Positions 1 to 9,863 of a stretch of 23,689 nucleotides of DNA are shown piece after piece. Source of the stretch: a virus (lineage: Duplodnaviria > Heunggongvirae > Uroviricota > Caudoviricetes); IMG/VR virus record IMGVR_UViG_3300029850_000274, positions 140,794-164,482 of that record. One strand, 5' to 3'. The first letter of the stretch is position 1. Each line of letters begins with the position of its first letter. The notes below the pieces were generated by a model. It ran no database searches. It was not told the DNA's origin and was given only the letters and a program-made list of their open reading frames with translations. The position numbers and the translations under genes were made by a program.

Positions 1-339
1 AAGACTTGTAAAAAGATTAAATTTGCAGGTAAAAAATTCAAACAAGATAAGATTGATTTCATAGGAAGTCATTACCTAAAAAGAATTTATCATTCTTCTC
101 GTGTCAGGTATGAATACTATGGTATGGAAGCAAAGTCTGTTAAGGGAACTGTTTACACAAAACTAAAAAATAACACTATGAAAACTTGTGACTTAAGTGC
201 AACAAATTTACATGAAACAGTTGAGTCATATAAGTCGAGTGGCGAAGTTTTGAAATCAATATTCTGGATCTTCTGGATTATCTTCACTGGTGGTCTAACG
301 TATGGTTTCTATTATATTGACAATGGTTGGTTGGAGTAA
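1..339 (+). CDS. 5'-truncated hypothetical membrane protein
   Basis: Frame is open from base 1 to TAA at 337-339; C-terminal hydrophobic helix IFWIFWIIFTGGLTYGFYY. Confidence 0.75.
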   Translation, partial: KTCKKIKFAGKKFKQDKIDFIGSHYLKRIYHSSRVRYEYYGMEAKSVKGTVYTKLKNNTMKTCDLSATNLHETVESYKSSGEVLKSIFWIFWIIFTGGLTYGFYYIDNGWLE

Positions 340-356
340 GTAAAGGAGAATTTATT

Positions 357-620
357 ATGGATTTTGGAACAGCAATTGATGCAATGAAAGATAAAAGAAA
401 AGTAGCAAGAAAAGGTTGGAATGGGAAAGGTGTGTTTTTATATTATGTTCCAGCAGGAGCTTATGCGCCATGTACCGATATTGCAAAAAGCATTGTGAAT
501 GAAGACGGATTAGTCGAATATGGAGCATATATTGCAATGAAAACAGCACAGGGGAATGTAGTTCCTTGGCTTGCAAGTCAGACAGATATGTTGGCTGAAG
601 ATTGGATGATTGTAGAATAG
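357..620 (+). CDS. DUF2829 / Tad2-like (Thoeris anti-defence 2 family) protein
   Basis: SD AAGGAG then ATG at 357; MDFGTAI..KVARKGWNGKG..W.ASQTDMLAEDW is the DUF2829 signature. Confidence 0.85.
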   Translation: MDFGTAIDAMKDKRKVARKGWNGKGVFLYYVPAGAYAPCTDIAKSIVNEDGLVEYGAYIAMKTAQGNVVPWLASQTDMLAEDWMIVE

Positions 621-632
621 GAGAGTTAAATC

Positions 633-890
633 ATGAAAATTAAAACATTAAAGGATACAGCAGAATTAATGTGCAGCGAAGATTATAGAGACAGATTTGT
701 TGCAGAATGTAAACAGTTAGAAATTAGATATCAGGGATTAAAAAAGATGTTGGATAAATGGGATCGTGGAGAATTAGAGTTCACTCCAACATGTACGAGA
801 GGAATCTATGTCAGGCAGCTTATGTGTATGGAAAATTATCTGTCTGTATTATACGACCGAGCGCAGATTGAAGAAATTTGTGTTAGATAA
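633..890 (+). CDS. crAss001_48-related small helical phage protein
   Basis: Pattern DY..RF.AE..QL..RY..L..ML.KWD.G.L.FTPTC...L..RA..E recalled for this family. Confidence 0.6.
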   Translation: MKIKTLKDTAELMCSEDYRDRFVAECKQLEIRYQGLKKMLDKWDRGELEFTPTCTRGIYVRQLMCMENYLSVLYDRAQIEEICVR

Positions 891-918
891 AATTAATCTT
901 TGATGAAAGGGATAACAG

Positions 919-1146
919 ATGAAGAAATTATTAACTTCGTTATTTGTTGAAAACAAATATCATGCAGGAACGATCTTAGGTACAATCTTAGGATTAATGG
1001 TTGTAATCGCTGTCAACTTTGCAATCGTAAATCTGTTTATTTGGTTACTACATTTTGTTGTGGTAAATCCGCTAATTGTTCCAACGAAAACAAAATGGAT
1101 TATCGCAGTAATTCTTACAATTTTAGAAAACATCTTTAACAGGTAG
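919..1146 (+). CDS. Small membrane protein
   Basis: SD AAAGGG; two hydrophobic segments. Confidence 0.75.
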   Translation: MKKLLTSLFVENKYHAGTILGTILGLMVVIAVNFAIVNLFIWLLHFVVVNPLIVPTKTKWIIAVILTILENIFNR

Positions 1147-1154
1147 GTGATTAA

Positions 1155-1979
1155 ATGGCTTTGATTGGAGCAATTTTAGGAGATATTTGCGGTTCTCAAT
1201 ATGAGTTCCGCAGACCTCACAATTTAGATTGGAAGAACTGTGAATTGTTTACAGATAAATGTAAATACACAGATGATACAGTTCTCAGTATTGCAACAGG
1301 TGTGTGGTTGTTAGATGAAACCAATAAAGAACCTTGGGAGTTCTATTTAGAATATGGTAAGAAATATTCTGGCGTAGGATATGGAGAAATGTTCGAAGAC
1401 TGGTTGTACGATGATGGAAACCATGTAAACGAGAGTTTTGGCAATGGATGCGCAATGAGAGTTTCACCAATTATGATGTATTTTAATGGATTTTCAGACA
1501 ATCCAGATGCATTTAAATTTTATATTGATATTGCACGATATACATGTGAGAAAACCCACAGCCACTCAGAATCTTACAAAGGAGCATCGGTTGTGACAAG
1601 TTGTTCTTTTATGGCTCGTTGGGGCAGATCAAAAGAAGAAATTTACAAATATGCCTTAAGGTTTTATCCATCTAGTCAGTATACATATGGTGTTGATCGA
1701 CCACTTGAAGATTATAGAAAGAATTATGTTTGGTCTGCGGCAGTTCAAGATAGTGTGCCTGTGGCAATTAGATGTTTCTTGGAAAGCGAAGATTATGAAT
1801 CATTCTTAAGAAATGTATTATCTTTACCATGTGACACAGACACGATTGCTGCTATTGGCGGTGGTATTGCAGAAGATTTCTACAAGAAGACATTTGATAA
1901 TTCAAATGAAATCTTAGAAAGATATTTGCCAAAAAAATTATTAGATGATGTTAGCAAAATTTACAATGAAATGCCATAA
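1155..1979 (+). CDS. ADP-ribosylglycohydrolase (DraG/ARH family)
   Basis: GAILGDI.GS.YE, TDDT, S.GNG.AMRVSP, TH and DTDTIAAI.GGIA motifs. Confidence 0.92.
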   Translation: MALIGAILGDICGSQYEFRRPHNLDWKNCELFTDKCKYTDDTVLSIATGVWLLDETNKEPWEFYLEYGKKYSGVGYGEMFEDWLYDDGNHVNESFGNGCAMRVSPIMMYFNGFSDNPDAFKFYIDIARYTCEKTHSHSESYKGASVVTSCSFMARWGRSKEEIYKYALRFYPSSQYTYGVDRPLEDYRKNYVWSAAVQDSVPVAIRCFLESEDYESFLRNVLSLPCDTDTIAAIGGGIAEDFYKKTFDNSNEILERYLPKKLLDDVSKIYNEMP

Positions 1980-1994
1980 GGTAGGTGATTCAAT

Positions 1995-2198
1995 ATCATA
2001 AAGAAAATCTTAAAATTTTTCTTGTCGATGATCGTACTGACCATCGTCTGGTTTCTTGCAACATTCATATCTGTTGGTGTATTTGCATTTGCGTTTTGGA
2101 TAATAACAAATATTGTAATACCAATTGGAGTAGTAGTAATTGTAACAATTGTATTAATGGCGATCGCCTTCTATGTGGTGACATCGTTCATGGATTGA
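1995..2198 (+). CDS. Small membrane protein with probable ATC start (replaces track ORF 1985..2206)
   Basis: AGGTG SD 7 nt before ATC; reads IIKKILKFFLSMIVLTIVWFLATFISVGVFAFAFWII...VVTSFMD, two clean TM helices. Confidence 0.7.
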   Translation: MIKKILKFFLSMIVLTIVWFLATFISVGVFAFAFWIITNIVIPIGVVVIVTIVLMAIAFYVVTSFMD

Positions 2199-2220
2199 TA
2201 GATTAAAAGGAGAATATATT

Positions 2221-2784
2221 ATGAGAATTAAAAAATTATTAATCGCTGGAGCATTAATGTTAACAGTAGCAGGATGCGTTTCAGCATATACCATTTATGC
2301 AGATACACTAAATAACAACACTGACAAACAGGTTGCTGCAACAAAAGAAGGTAAGTCGACTACAGAAACTACAAAGAGTACAACAGAACAGAAAAATAAT
2401 AAGAAAAATGCCGTCAAAGAAGATCCTAAAGATACAACAAATGATGTATCGGCAACAACAGAAGAAGAAAAAAATACTGAAAATTCTACCGCAGACGACA
2501 CGGACGATGCAGATTATACAGAACCAGAATACCCAGATGACGCAGATGAAACTTGCGATCATGTGTGGGCAGAAAAAACAATTGCTTATGATTCAGAGAA
2601 TGGGTATCATTGGACAACTTATTGTGAAAAATGTGGGACTGTAAAAACAGAACCTGCTACAGAAGAGGATTATGAAAGACTCGACCCTTCTACAAAAGAG
2701 AACGCAGATGACATTGAATATGTGGATGATGACTCTGATGAAACAGTTGAAGAAACAACTGAAGCAGTTACAGATGAAAACTAA
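2221..2784 (+). CDS. Exported or membrane-anchored acidic low-complexity protein
   Basis: Signal-peptide-like N-terminus, T/K then D/E-rich linker, CDHVW..C..CG metal-binding-like segment. Confidence 0.8.
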   Translation: MRIKKLLIAGALMLTVAGCVSAYTIYADTLNNNTDKQVAATKEGKSTTETTKSTTEQKNNKKNAVKEDPKDTTNDVSATTEEEKNTENSTADDTDDADYTEPEYPDDADETCDHVWAEKTIAYDSENGYHWTTYCEKCGTVKTEPATEEDYERLDPSTKENADDIEYVDDDSDETVEETTEAVTDEN

Positions 2785-2811
2785 AATATAGCATAAGGAG
2801 AAAATGAGTAT

Positions 2812-2940
2812 ATGACAAAATTAGAGCAGTTAAATTTATTAAAGGATAGAAAAGCCGTCTTAATCGCTAGAGGCAAAGATAATGGCAAAATCGTAACAAA
2901 AATCAATAGAAGAATCAAAACATTAGAAAAGGACTTATAG
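2812..2940 (+). CDS. Small basic protein (42 aa), not in ORF track
   Basis: AAGGAG upstream; MTKLEQLNLLKDRKAVLIARGKDNGKIVTKINRRIKTLEKDL fills the gap exactly. Confidence 0.7.
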   Translation: MTKLEQLNLLKDRKAVLIARGKDNGKIVTKINRRIKTLEKDL

Positions 2941-2942
2941 AG

Positions 2943-3533
2943 ATGGTAGGAGATAAAAGTAATGTTTTAATCGCTCTGGTTGGACGATCTGGAGCAGGCA
3001 AAAGTGTCTCAGCGAAGTATCTGGAAGACATTTACGGTCTGAAATATCTACGATCATATACCACTAGAGAGAAGCGAGCAGATAAGCTTGATGATCATAC
3101 ATATGTAAATCTAGCCCAGTATTCAAGAATTACAGGCAAGGTTGCAGAGAATCATTACACTGGCAATTGGTACTGTGCCACAGAAAGTCAGTGTGATGAT
3201 GCAGACGTATATGTAGTTGATGTTCCAGGATTAAAACAGTTAAAAGAAAATTATCATAAGAAACATATCTTGGCATTATGTATTGATACACCAAGTTCTA
3301 CACGTATTCAGAGAATGAAAGATCGTGGAGATACAAGAGATGCGATTGATGAAAGAATGAAAAAAGACGAATCTGCTTTTGATGAAGCATATGATTTATG
3401 CGATGCAGTTATTAATAATGAAGGAAGTTTGTCTATGACTTGTTTGAATATTATGGCTGAACTAGAAAGATTCAAAAGACAGATTAAAGACACGGAAGGA
3501 GCGACAACAAAGGAAGTTGATCAGAACAATTAA
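2943..3533 (+). CDS. gmk: Guanylate kinase-like nucleoside monophosphate kinase
   Basis: P-loop GRSGAGKS, SYTTR..R, Y.GNWY, R..RM..RGD motifs. Confidence 0.85.
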   Translation: MVGDKSNVLIALVGRSGAGKSVSAKYLEDIYGLKYLRSYTTREKRADKLDDHTYVNLAQYSRITGKVAENHYTGNWYCATESQCDDADVYVVDVPGLKQLKENYHKKHILALCIDTPSSTRIQRMKDRGDTRDAIDERMKKDESAFDEAYDLCDAVINNEGSLSMTCLNIMAELERFKRQIKDTEGATTKEVDQNN

Positions 3534-3717
3534 TCAGCTTAGGAATTTAGTTTCTAAACTACACATAGAAAAAGAGGTACTTGTTAAGGATGTAGAAACA
3601 GGTAAGACAATGATGATTGAGAGCGTATCAACCGAAAAGATTGATGGTGATGGTAACGATGCACGATATACGTTGAACTGCAAGAAAGCAGGAGACGGGT
3701 GCGTTACATATAGATGA
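3517..3717 (+). CDS. Hypothetical protein
   Basis: ORF overlapping the end of gmk in operon orientation; start uncertain. Confidence 0.65.
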   Translation: MIRTINQLRNLVSKLHIEKEVLVKDVETGKTMMIESVSTEKIDGDGNDARYTLNCKKAGDGCVTYR

Positions 3718-3751
3718 TGATATTATTACATAATTTATTGGAGGTCTTTTA

Positions 3752-5989
3752 TTGAAAGTAATTAAAAGAGATTGTACTGTTGTAGATTTCGACAAGACCA
3801 AAATTTACACAGCGATTATGAAAGCAATGAAAAATGGATCTGGGTTAATTAAGGAAGATATTGCAAAACAAATCGCAAGAGAAATCGAAAATGATTGCAG
3901 TAAATTACCAGAAGAAATTGACATTTCTGCAATTGAAGCAATGGTATTTAAGAAACTTGTTGAGAAAGGGCAGGAATTAACTGCTAAAGCTTATGAAGGT
4001 TATCGCAGTGTTCGTGAGTTCCAGAGAGAGAATTATGACTCTATTGACAGCGAAGTTCTTGGGCTTATTGAGGATGCCAACGAAGAAATTAAAGATGAAA
4101 ATGCAAATAAAAACTCTGTATTAAATCCAACAAAAAGAGATTATATTGCTGGTATCGTTAGCGAAGATGCGACAGAACGCTATTTACTTCCACCAGAAAT
4201 TGTTCAAGCACATAAGGAAGGTATCATTCATTTTCATGACAGAGATTATTTTTTACAGAAAATGCATAATTGTGGATTGTTAAATATTGAAGACATGCTT
4301 CAGAATGGCACAGTAATTAGCGAGGTATTAATTGAAAAGCCACATTCATTTTCAACTGCTTGCAATATTACGACTCAAGGCATTGCACAAGTAGCTAGTT
4401 CTCAGTATGGCGGACAGAGTATTTCTTTGGCACATTTAGCACCATTTGTGGATGTGAGTAGAAAGAAAATTAGATCTGAAGTTGAATTAGAATGGGCGCA
4501 TGTTGATATTCCATACAAAGAGCAACATATTGAAAAAATTGTAGCCAATAGATTGTATGAAGAAGTCAAAAAAGGTATACAAATTATACAATATCAGCTG
4601 ATCACGCTTATGACGACTAACGGACAATCTCCATTTATTTCCATTTTTATGTATCTGAATGAAGCCAAAACACCGCAAGAGAAAAAAGATTTGGCTTTAT
4701 TGATTGAAGAGATGATTAGACAAAGAGATGAAGGAGTTAAAAATGAAGATGGTGTATTTGTTGCACCAGCATTTCCAAAATTAATTTATGTCCTAGAAGA
4801 CGATAATTGCGATGAATCTACAGAGTATTGGTACCTGACAAAATTAGCAGCAAAATGTTCTGCAAAAAGATTGGTTCCAGACTATATATCTGAAAAGGTT
4901 ATGAAAGAGCTAAAAGGAGATGTTTATACTTGCATGGGATGCAGGTCGTTCTTAACACCTGATCGTTTCACAGACAAAGGAATTGGCAATATTGCACACG
5001 CAAAAAATTATGACCCTAAACAGCATAAATATTATGGCAGATTTAACCAAGGAGTCGTTACATTATCTCTTCCAGATATCGCATTGTCTTCTAAAAAGAA
5101 TATGGATGAATTTTGGGCATTGTTTGATGAACGAACAGAATTATGTCATAAAGCACTTAAAGAAAGACATAAACGTCTCCTTGGCACAAAGTCGGATGTA
5201 GCACCTGTTCTTTGGCAGTATGGAGCATATAGTAGACTGAAAAAACATGAGGTAATTGATCCATTATTATTTGATGGATACTCAACTATTTCATTAGGCT
5301 ATGCAGGATTATATGAATGTGTCAAATATATGACTGGGCATTCTCATTCAGATGGTGGAGTTGGTGAAAAATTTGGATTAGAAATCATGAAACGAATGAA
5401 TGACAAATGTGAGCAGTGGAAGAATGAAGAAAACATTGATTACAGTATTTACGGTACACCTTTAGAGTCTACAACATATAAATTTGCCAAGTGTTTAAAG
5501 AAACGATTTGGCAATGATGTGTTTGAAAAAATTGATGGCAAAGATAGAAATTACATTACAAACAGCTATCATATTCCTGTGTTTGAAGAAATTGATGCCT
5601 TTGACAAGCTTCGTATTGAAGCAAAATTCCAGAAACTTAGTCCAGGAGGGGCAATAAGTTATATTGAAACTCCTAATATGGAACATAATGTAAGTGCTTT
5701 ATTGGAAGTAATTAAATATATGTACAATCATATTATGTATGCAGAAATTAATACAAAGAGTTGTTATTGTGAAAAATGTGGATACTCTGGAGATATTCCA
5801 TTAGTTGATGAAGATGGTATTTTGAAATGGAGATGCCCTCAGTGCGGAAATGAAGATGGTTCTACTATGGATATTGCATTCAGATGCTGTGGTTACATTG
5901 GGACTTCTAAGAATGGAGGCAATCAGGGAAGATATGGGGATATCCATGATCGAGTTTACCACTTAGATGATAAGGAGCTGAATAGATGA
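3752..5989 (+). CDS. nrdD: Anaerobic (class III) ribonucleoside-triphosphate reductase
   Basis: N-terminal ATP cone (VIKRD..V.FD..KI), MGCRS catalytic Cys, GRFNQGVV, two CxxC zinc pairs, C-terminal glycyl-radical RCCGYIG. Confidence 0.97.
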   Translation: MKVIKRDCTVVDFDKTKIYTAIMKAMKNGSGLIKEDIAKQIAREIENDCSKLPEEIDISAIEAMVFKKLVEKGQELTAKAYEGYRSVREFQRENYDSIDSEVLGLIEDANEEIKDENANKNSVLNPTKRDYIAGIVSEDATERYLLPPEIVQAHKEGIIHFHDRDYFLQKMHNCGLLNIEDMLQNGTVISEVLIEKPHSFSTACNITTQGIAQVASSQYGGQSISLAHLAPFVDVSRKKIRSEVELEWAHVDIPYKEQHIEKIVANRLYEEVKKGIQIIQYQLITLMTTNGQSPFISIFMYLNEAKTPQEKKDLALLIEEMIRQRDEGVKNEDGVFVAPAFPKLIYVLEDDNCDESTEYWYLTKLAAKCSAKRLVPDYISEKVMKELKGDVYTCMGCRSFLTPDRFTDKGIGNIAHAKNYDPKQHKYYGRFNQGVVTLSLPDIALSSKKNMDEFWALFDERTELCHKALKERHKRLLGTKSDVAPVLWQYGAYSRLKKHEVIDPLLFDGYSTISLGYAGLYECVKYMTGHSHSDGGVGEKFGLEIMKRMNDKCEQWKNEENIDYSIYGTPLESTTYKFAKCLKKRFGNDVFEKIDGKDRNYITNSYHIPVFEEIDAFDKLRIEAKFQKLSPGGAISYIETPNMEHNVSALLEVIKYMYNHIMYAEINTKSCYCEKCGYSGDIPLVDEDGILKWRCPQCGNEDGSTMDIAFRCCGYIGTSKNGGNQGRYGDIHDRVYHLDDKELNR

Positions 5990-6579
5990 GATACGCTTCA
6001 ATAAGAAAAATGGACATTAGCAACGGAGAAGGGCTTGGCGTAGCCCTCTTCGTTCAAGGATGCCACTTCCATTGTAAGAACTGTTTCAATAAAGAAACAT
6101 GGGATTTCAATGGTGGTAAAGAATTAACAACGTGGGATGTGTTGGAATTGTTACGTCCACTAACTAATCCGCAATATACAAGATTAAGTATTCTTGGCGG
6201 AGAACCTTTAGCAAAAGAGAATAGAGATGGTGTTTCTGCAATATGCAAATTTGTCAAAGAGTTTATGCCAGACAAAAAAATCTGGCTATATACAGGGAAT
6301 AAAGCAGAAGATATTGGTTTGGACTTAGCTGAGTTCTCTCGAAGACGTAGAACAAGCCACCTTATGTACGATTGCAGACTTGAGATTCTTCCTTACATAG
6401 ATGTCCTCGTAGACGGACAGTATGTAGACGAATTGAAAGACATGTCTTATCCGTGGGCAGGATCAACAAATCAGAGAGTGGTTGATGTACAAAAATCATT
6501 AGAAAGAAATGTGGTGGTCTTATGGAAAGGCACTTCGGATAATCTGTCCATGACAGAAGAACACGATGAAAATGAGTGA
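5986..6579 (+). CDS. nrdG: Anaerobic RNR activating radical SAM protein
   Basis: DISNGEG, GCHFHCKNCFN, LGGEP, DVLVDG, GS.NQRV; ATGA overlap with nrdD. Confidence 0.96.
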   Translation: MRYASIRKMDISNGEGLGVALFVQGCHFHCKNCFNKETWDFNGGKELTTWDVLELLRPLTNPQYTRLSILGGEPLAKENRDGVSAICKFVKEFMPDKKIWLYTGNKAEDIGLDLAEFSRRRRTSHLMYDCRLEILPYIDVLVDGQYVDELKDMSYPWAGSTNQRVVDVQKSLERNVVVLWKGTSDNLSMTEEHDENE

Positions 6580-6707
6580 AATAAAACACTTTTGTCAAAA
6601 TTATTAAAATAAACATAAGAAAATCGTTGAAATATAAGGGATTTTTCACATTAAATATAGCAATAAAATTCCACTTTTATCCCATCATAGAAAGGAGTGT
6701 ACTAATT

Positions 6708-7070
6708 ATGTCAAAATCAAAAGACTGTCCACAGGATACGGACTTTATGCAATATGTTCCTACAAAATTTCAGCAGAATCGTAAGACGATGTTGAATAAG
6801 AGAAATCGTAGGAAGAAATACCAACAAAGATTGGCGAGATTTAAAAATATCGGTGGGTATCCTGAACCTGTGCAATATGTAGATAAGTATTATTGTGAGT
6901 TCTATGAAATACCTCGTAAGAAACCTTATTATAAAAGGTTTTATATCAGCGCTTGGGATGATTACAGATTTCATAAGAAACTGTCCAATAAGAAAGTTCG
7001 CAGAGTATTAGATGTGCCAAGTCGAGGTGGCTATAAGAAAGTACACGATCTATGGTGGGAGACAATTTAG
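6708..7070 (+). CDS. Basic hypothetical phage protein
   Basis: SD GAAAGGAG before ATG 6708; K/R-rich, ends YKKVHDLWWETI. Confidence 0.75.
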   Translation: MSKSKDCPQDTDFMQYVPTKFQQNRKTMLNKRNRRKKYQQRLARFKNIGGYPEPVQYVDKYYCEFYEIPRKKPYYKRFYISAWDDYRFHKKLSNKKVRRVLDVPSRGGYKKVHDLWWETI

Positions 7071-7083
7071 AAGGGAGATAGGG

Positions 7084-7413
7084 ATGACAAAAGAAACCTT
7101 AGATGATATAAGAGAAGTTATTGGTACACTAAGCGTTTGCATGAGCTATAAAAGCATTAATAACATCACATCAATTCCAACTTATGATTTATTACATCAA
7201 GTCAATATTTTAAAAAAAATTGTGCAGAAAAATATCGATCATGTAGTTGATGGTAGTCGTTGCGTAGTTGTGGAAGAATCAGATTCTGAAAAGTTTAAAA
7301 ATTGTGTAGACAATTATTTAGATGCGGGCTATAAAATTTCAGCATCCTCATGTAACGGCAAAACTTGGAAAGCAATTCTTGCGAGAGATGATAAAGAACA
7401 GGAGAGTGAATAA
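7084..7413 (+). CDS. Hypothetical protein
   Basis: SD AGGGAG before ATG 7084. Confidence 0.75.
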   Translation: MTKETLDDIREVIGTLSVCMSYKSINNITSIPTYDLLHQVNILKKIVQKNIDHVVDGSRCVVVEESDSEKFKNCVDNYLDAGYKISASSCNGKTWKAILARDDKEQESE

Positions 7414-7415
7414 AT

Positions 7416-7859
7416 ATGAGTACAATTTCAATTGATGTAGAAGTATGTCCGCATTGTGGAGAAACCTTTAAAGAAGATTCTGAAAATACATTTATTTGCG
7501 GTGAATGTGGTAAAACATGGTGTAGTGAAGAATGTGCAGTCGCTGATGGATTGCTTATTAATTATGACAGAGATCCTTATCAGTATGGATATGATTGCAA
7601 TTTCTGTAGAGAAGACGATTTTGAAGATAAGGAATTATTTGACTTCGTAACATCGGCTATTGGTGTGAGTAGAGATAATCTTGTTGCTTTTTATAAAGAA
7701 TTTAAAGATCAACTCAAAAAAGGTAATATTTGCAAATCTAGTGGACAGATTAATTTTAGTTCTTTCAGCAAAACAGGCGATGCCGTTGTTACTGGTGCTA
7801 CATTGACTGGTACTACATTGGGAACACGTACTAATAAGAAAGGAGATATTCATGAATAA
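7416..7859 (+). CDS. Cys-rich (zinc-finger-like) hypothetical protein
   Basis: CPHC, CGEC, CSEEC, CNFC. Confidence 0.75.
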   Translation: MSTISIDVEVCPHCGETFKEDSENTFICGECGKTWCSEECAVADGLLINYDRDPYQYGYDCNFCREDDFEDKELFDFVTSAIGVSRDNLVAFYKEFKDQLKKGNICKSSGQINFSSFSKTGDAVVTGATLTGTTLGTRTNKKGDIHE

Positions 7860-8103
7860 CAGAGATTTACCAAAGAAAGATGATATTTACAAACACTTCA
7901 AAGGACATTTTTACAGAGTGATTGACATTGCAACTCATACAGAAACAGATGAGAAACTGGTAATTTATCAAGCAATGTATGGAGATTTCAATATTTACGC
8001 TAGACCAGTAGAAATGTTTCTGAGTGAGGTTGATCACGAGAAATATCCTGATGTAGAACAGAAATACAGATTTAAAAGAGTAGGAGAAAAATCATGCAGA
8101 TGA
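7852..8103 (+). CDS. DUF1653 family protein
   Basis: [24 protein letters not shown]...YARP..MF signature. Confidence 0.9.
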   Translation: MNNRDLPKKDDIYKHFKGHFYRVIDIATHTETDEKLVIYQAMYGDFNIYARPVEMFLSEVDHEKYPDVEQKYRFKRVGEKSCR

Positions 8104-8309
8104 CATTGATCTTAAATATTTGTGAAAAGTTTGCGTTGGCGCTTGGAACAATCGGACTTATAGGTTTTATAGCGTGTCTGATCATTGCAATTGAACTGAG
8201 TGCGAAAAACAAATCTATCGAGCCGTTGCGCCAGATATTTCCGCCACAGCCTTGGTATTTGAGTTTTATGTATATTTCAATTGCATCTTTGTTTTTGATT
8301 AAATATTAA
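8094..8309 (+). CDS. Small membrane protein
   Basis: SD AGGAG; two hydrophobic segments. Confidence 0.7.
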   Translation: MQMTLILNICEKFALALGTIGLIGFIACLIIAIELSAKNKSIEPLRQIFPPQPWYLSFMYISIASLFLIKY

Positions 8310-8328
8310 GGAAGGTTGGTGTAAGAGA

Positions 8329-8538
8329 ATATTCAAAGTAATAATTATGGTACTGAGCATAATTGAATGGATGCTGATTGGCTGGTGTGTCATTTCAGCA
8401 ACTATATGTAATATTTTATTCTTCAAACATAAGAAAGAGATTGATAAGCACGTCTCTTTCTGGTTTAAATCAGCAGTATTGGCATACTTAATGGGATTCT
8501 TTGTTTTAGGAATTGCCGTAATACTAATAAATATATAA
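8329..8538 (+). CDS. Small membrane protein, probable ATA start
   Basis: AAGGTTGGTG SD lies 7 nt before in-frame ATA 8329; ATG 8347 has no SD; two TM segments. Confidence 0.6.
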   Translation: MFKVIIMVLSIIEWMLIGWCVISATICNILFFKHKKEIDKHVSFWFKSAVLAYLMGFFVLGIAVILINI

Positions 8539-8757
8539 CAATGTAACATTTCTAGTTACATTTCTGATGACTATTCGAGGAGAAATATCTATAGATTAGA
8601 CATGTCTTATTTCTTCCATATGATGACTTTAAAATTTTGTTTTTATCTACGTTTCAATTTTTGTAGGTAAAATAATACAAAACAAATACATAAGAAAGGT
8701 TTTATCAAGTAATCCTAGGTAAAACGCAGTGCGCTGCCTTGTAAATATAAGGTTTAA

Positions 8758-9861
8758 ATGATAGAAAATAAAAACAAAACTTTCAATCCGCTGAATGTAA
8801 GTAGTAAGTTTGCAATATGCGGATTACCTATTCGAGTAGATACATATAAAACATGTAGTTTTGGATGTAAATATTGTTTTTCTAATTATAGGAAGATAAT
8901 GGAATTTGATAAAAATTTACAAATTGGTAATGTTAAATCCGTTGAACGTCGATTAGATAAAATTTTCGTTCATAATAAAGTGGATAAAACGAATTTTTTA
9001 GATTTTTTAATATCTCAACGATATGATTGGCATTGTGGTGGTATGAGCGATCCATTCCAGCCAGCGGAAGAGAAATTCCATATTACAAAACAGTTAATTG
9101 ATATTACTAAACAATACAATATTCATATTTTATTTAGTACAAAATCTTCAACACTGTATGGTTGTGAAGTTGAGCCAGATTTACATACCTTCCAAATGTC
9201 CGTAACAAATGTAACTAACGACAAATCAATAGAGCCAAATGTTCCAGATATCTTAGAAAGATATAAATTATATCGAAATTTAAAAGACAATGGATTTAAA
9301 GTTGGCATTAGAATCCAACCATTCATTCCAGGAATTTCATCTACAGATATTATTGATATGTTTCATGACGCAGATCATTTTACTATCGAAGGTTTAAAAA
9401 TTGTTCCACAAAATAAGGAACATAAAGAATACCTATTAAAACTTACTGGATTAGACAAATCTAACTTCACACAAATGGGGTTATTAAATTTGAAGCCAAA
9501 AATTAGGTTAAATTTATATCAGCCGTTAATTGAGAAATTACAGCAATATTCTATTCCATATAGTATTGCAGATAATGATTTGCACTATTTAAGTACATCA
9601 AAATGCTGTTGTGGGGATGTGTTAACAAATAAAACAACAGACTTTAACAATACTGCAATGATATACAAATATGGAATTGACTACACTAAAGAAGAGGTTG
9701 ATTCAGAATTAACTAAATCTAATGTGTGCGGCTGCAAATGTTGCCAGTTATTCACATCAAATAGACAAGAAGGATGTGTAACTGTCCAGGAATTTTATGA
9801 TAAAAGATTTGACCGCAAGTCAAGTCCATTTAGCCCTAAATTTTTATATAAAGGAGAATAA
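8758..9861 (+). CDS. Radical SAM protein, spore-photoproduct-lyase-like
   Basis: D.Y..CSFGCKYC (CxxxCxxC), GGMSDPFQP.E, STK, RIQPFIPG; extra Cys clusters at C-terminus. Confidence 0.85.
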   Translation: MIENKNKTFNPLNVSSKFAICGLPIRVDTYKTCSFGCKYCFSNYRKIMEFDKNLQIGNVKSVERRLDKIFVHNKVDKTNFLDFLISQRYDWHCGGMSDPFQPAEEKFHITKQLIDITKQYNIHILFSTKSSTLYGCEVEPDLHTFQMSVTNVTNDKSIEPNVPDILERYKLYRNLKDNGFKVGIRIQPFIPGISSTDIIDMFHDADHFTIEGLKIVPQNKEHKEYLLKLTGLDKSNFTQMGLLNLKPKIRLNLYQPLIEKLQQYSIPYSIADNDLHYLSTSKCCCGDVLTNKTTDFNNTAMIYKYGIDYTKEEVDSELTKSNVCGCKCCQLFTSNRQEGCVTVQEFYDKRFDRKSSPFSPKFLYKGE

Positions 9862-9863
9862 AA

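Noticed and set aside
1985..2206. Track ORF of 73 aa, Cys-rich
   Set aside because: Shadow frame; the overlapping frame from ATC 1995 gives a coherent membrane protein with a properly spaced SD.
3752..5989. Intron or intein in nrdD
   Set aside because: The ORF is continuous, of ordinary length, and shows no intein splice motifs.
8530..8592. Hammerhead ribozyme (CTGATGA at 8564-8570, GAAA at 8582-8585)
   Set aside because: Stem II cannot close properly between the core motifs, and stems I and III need bulges next to the core.
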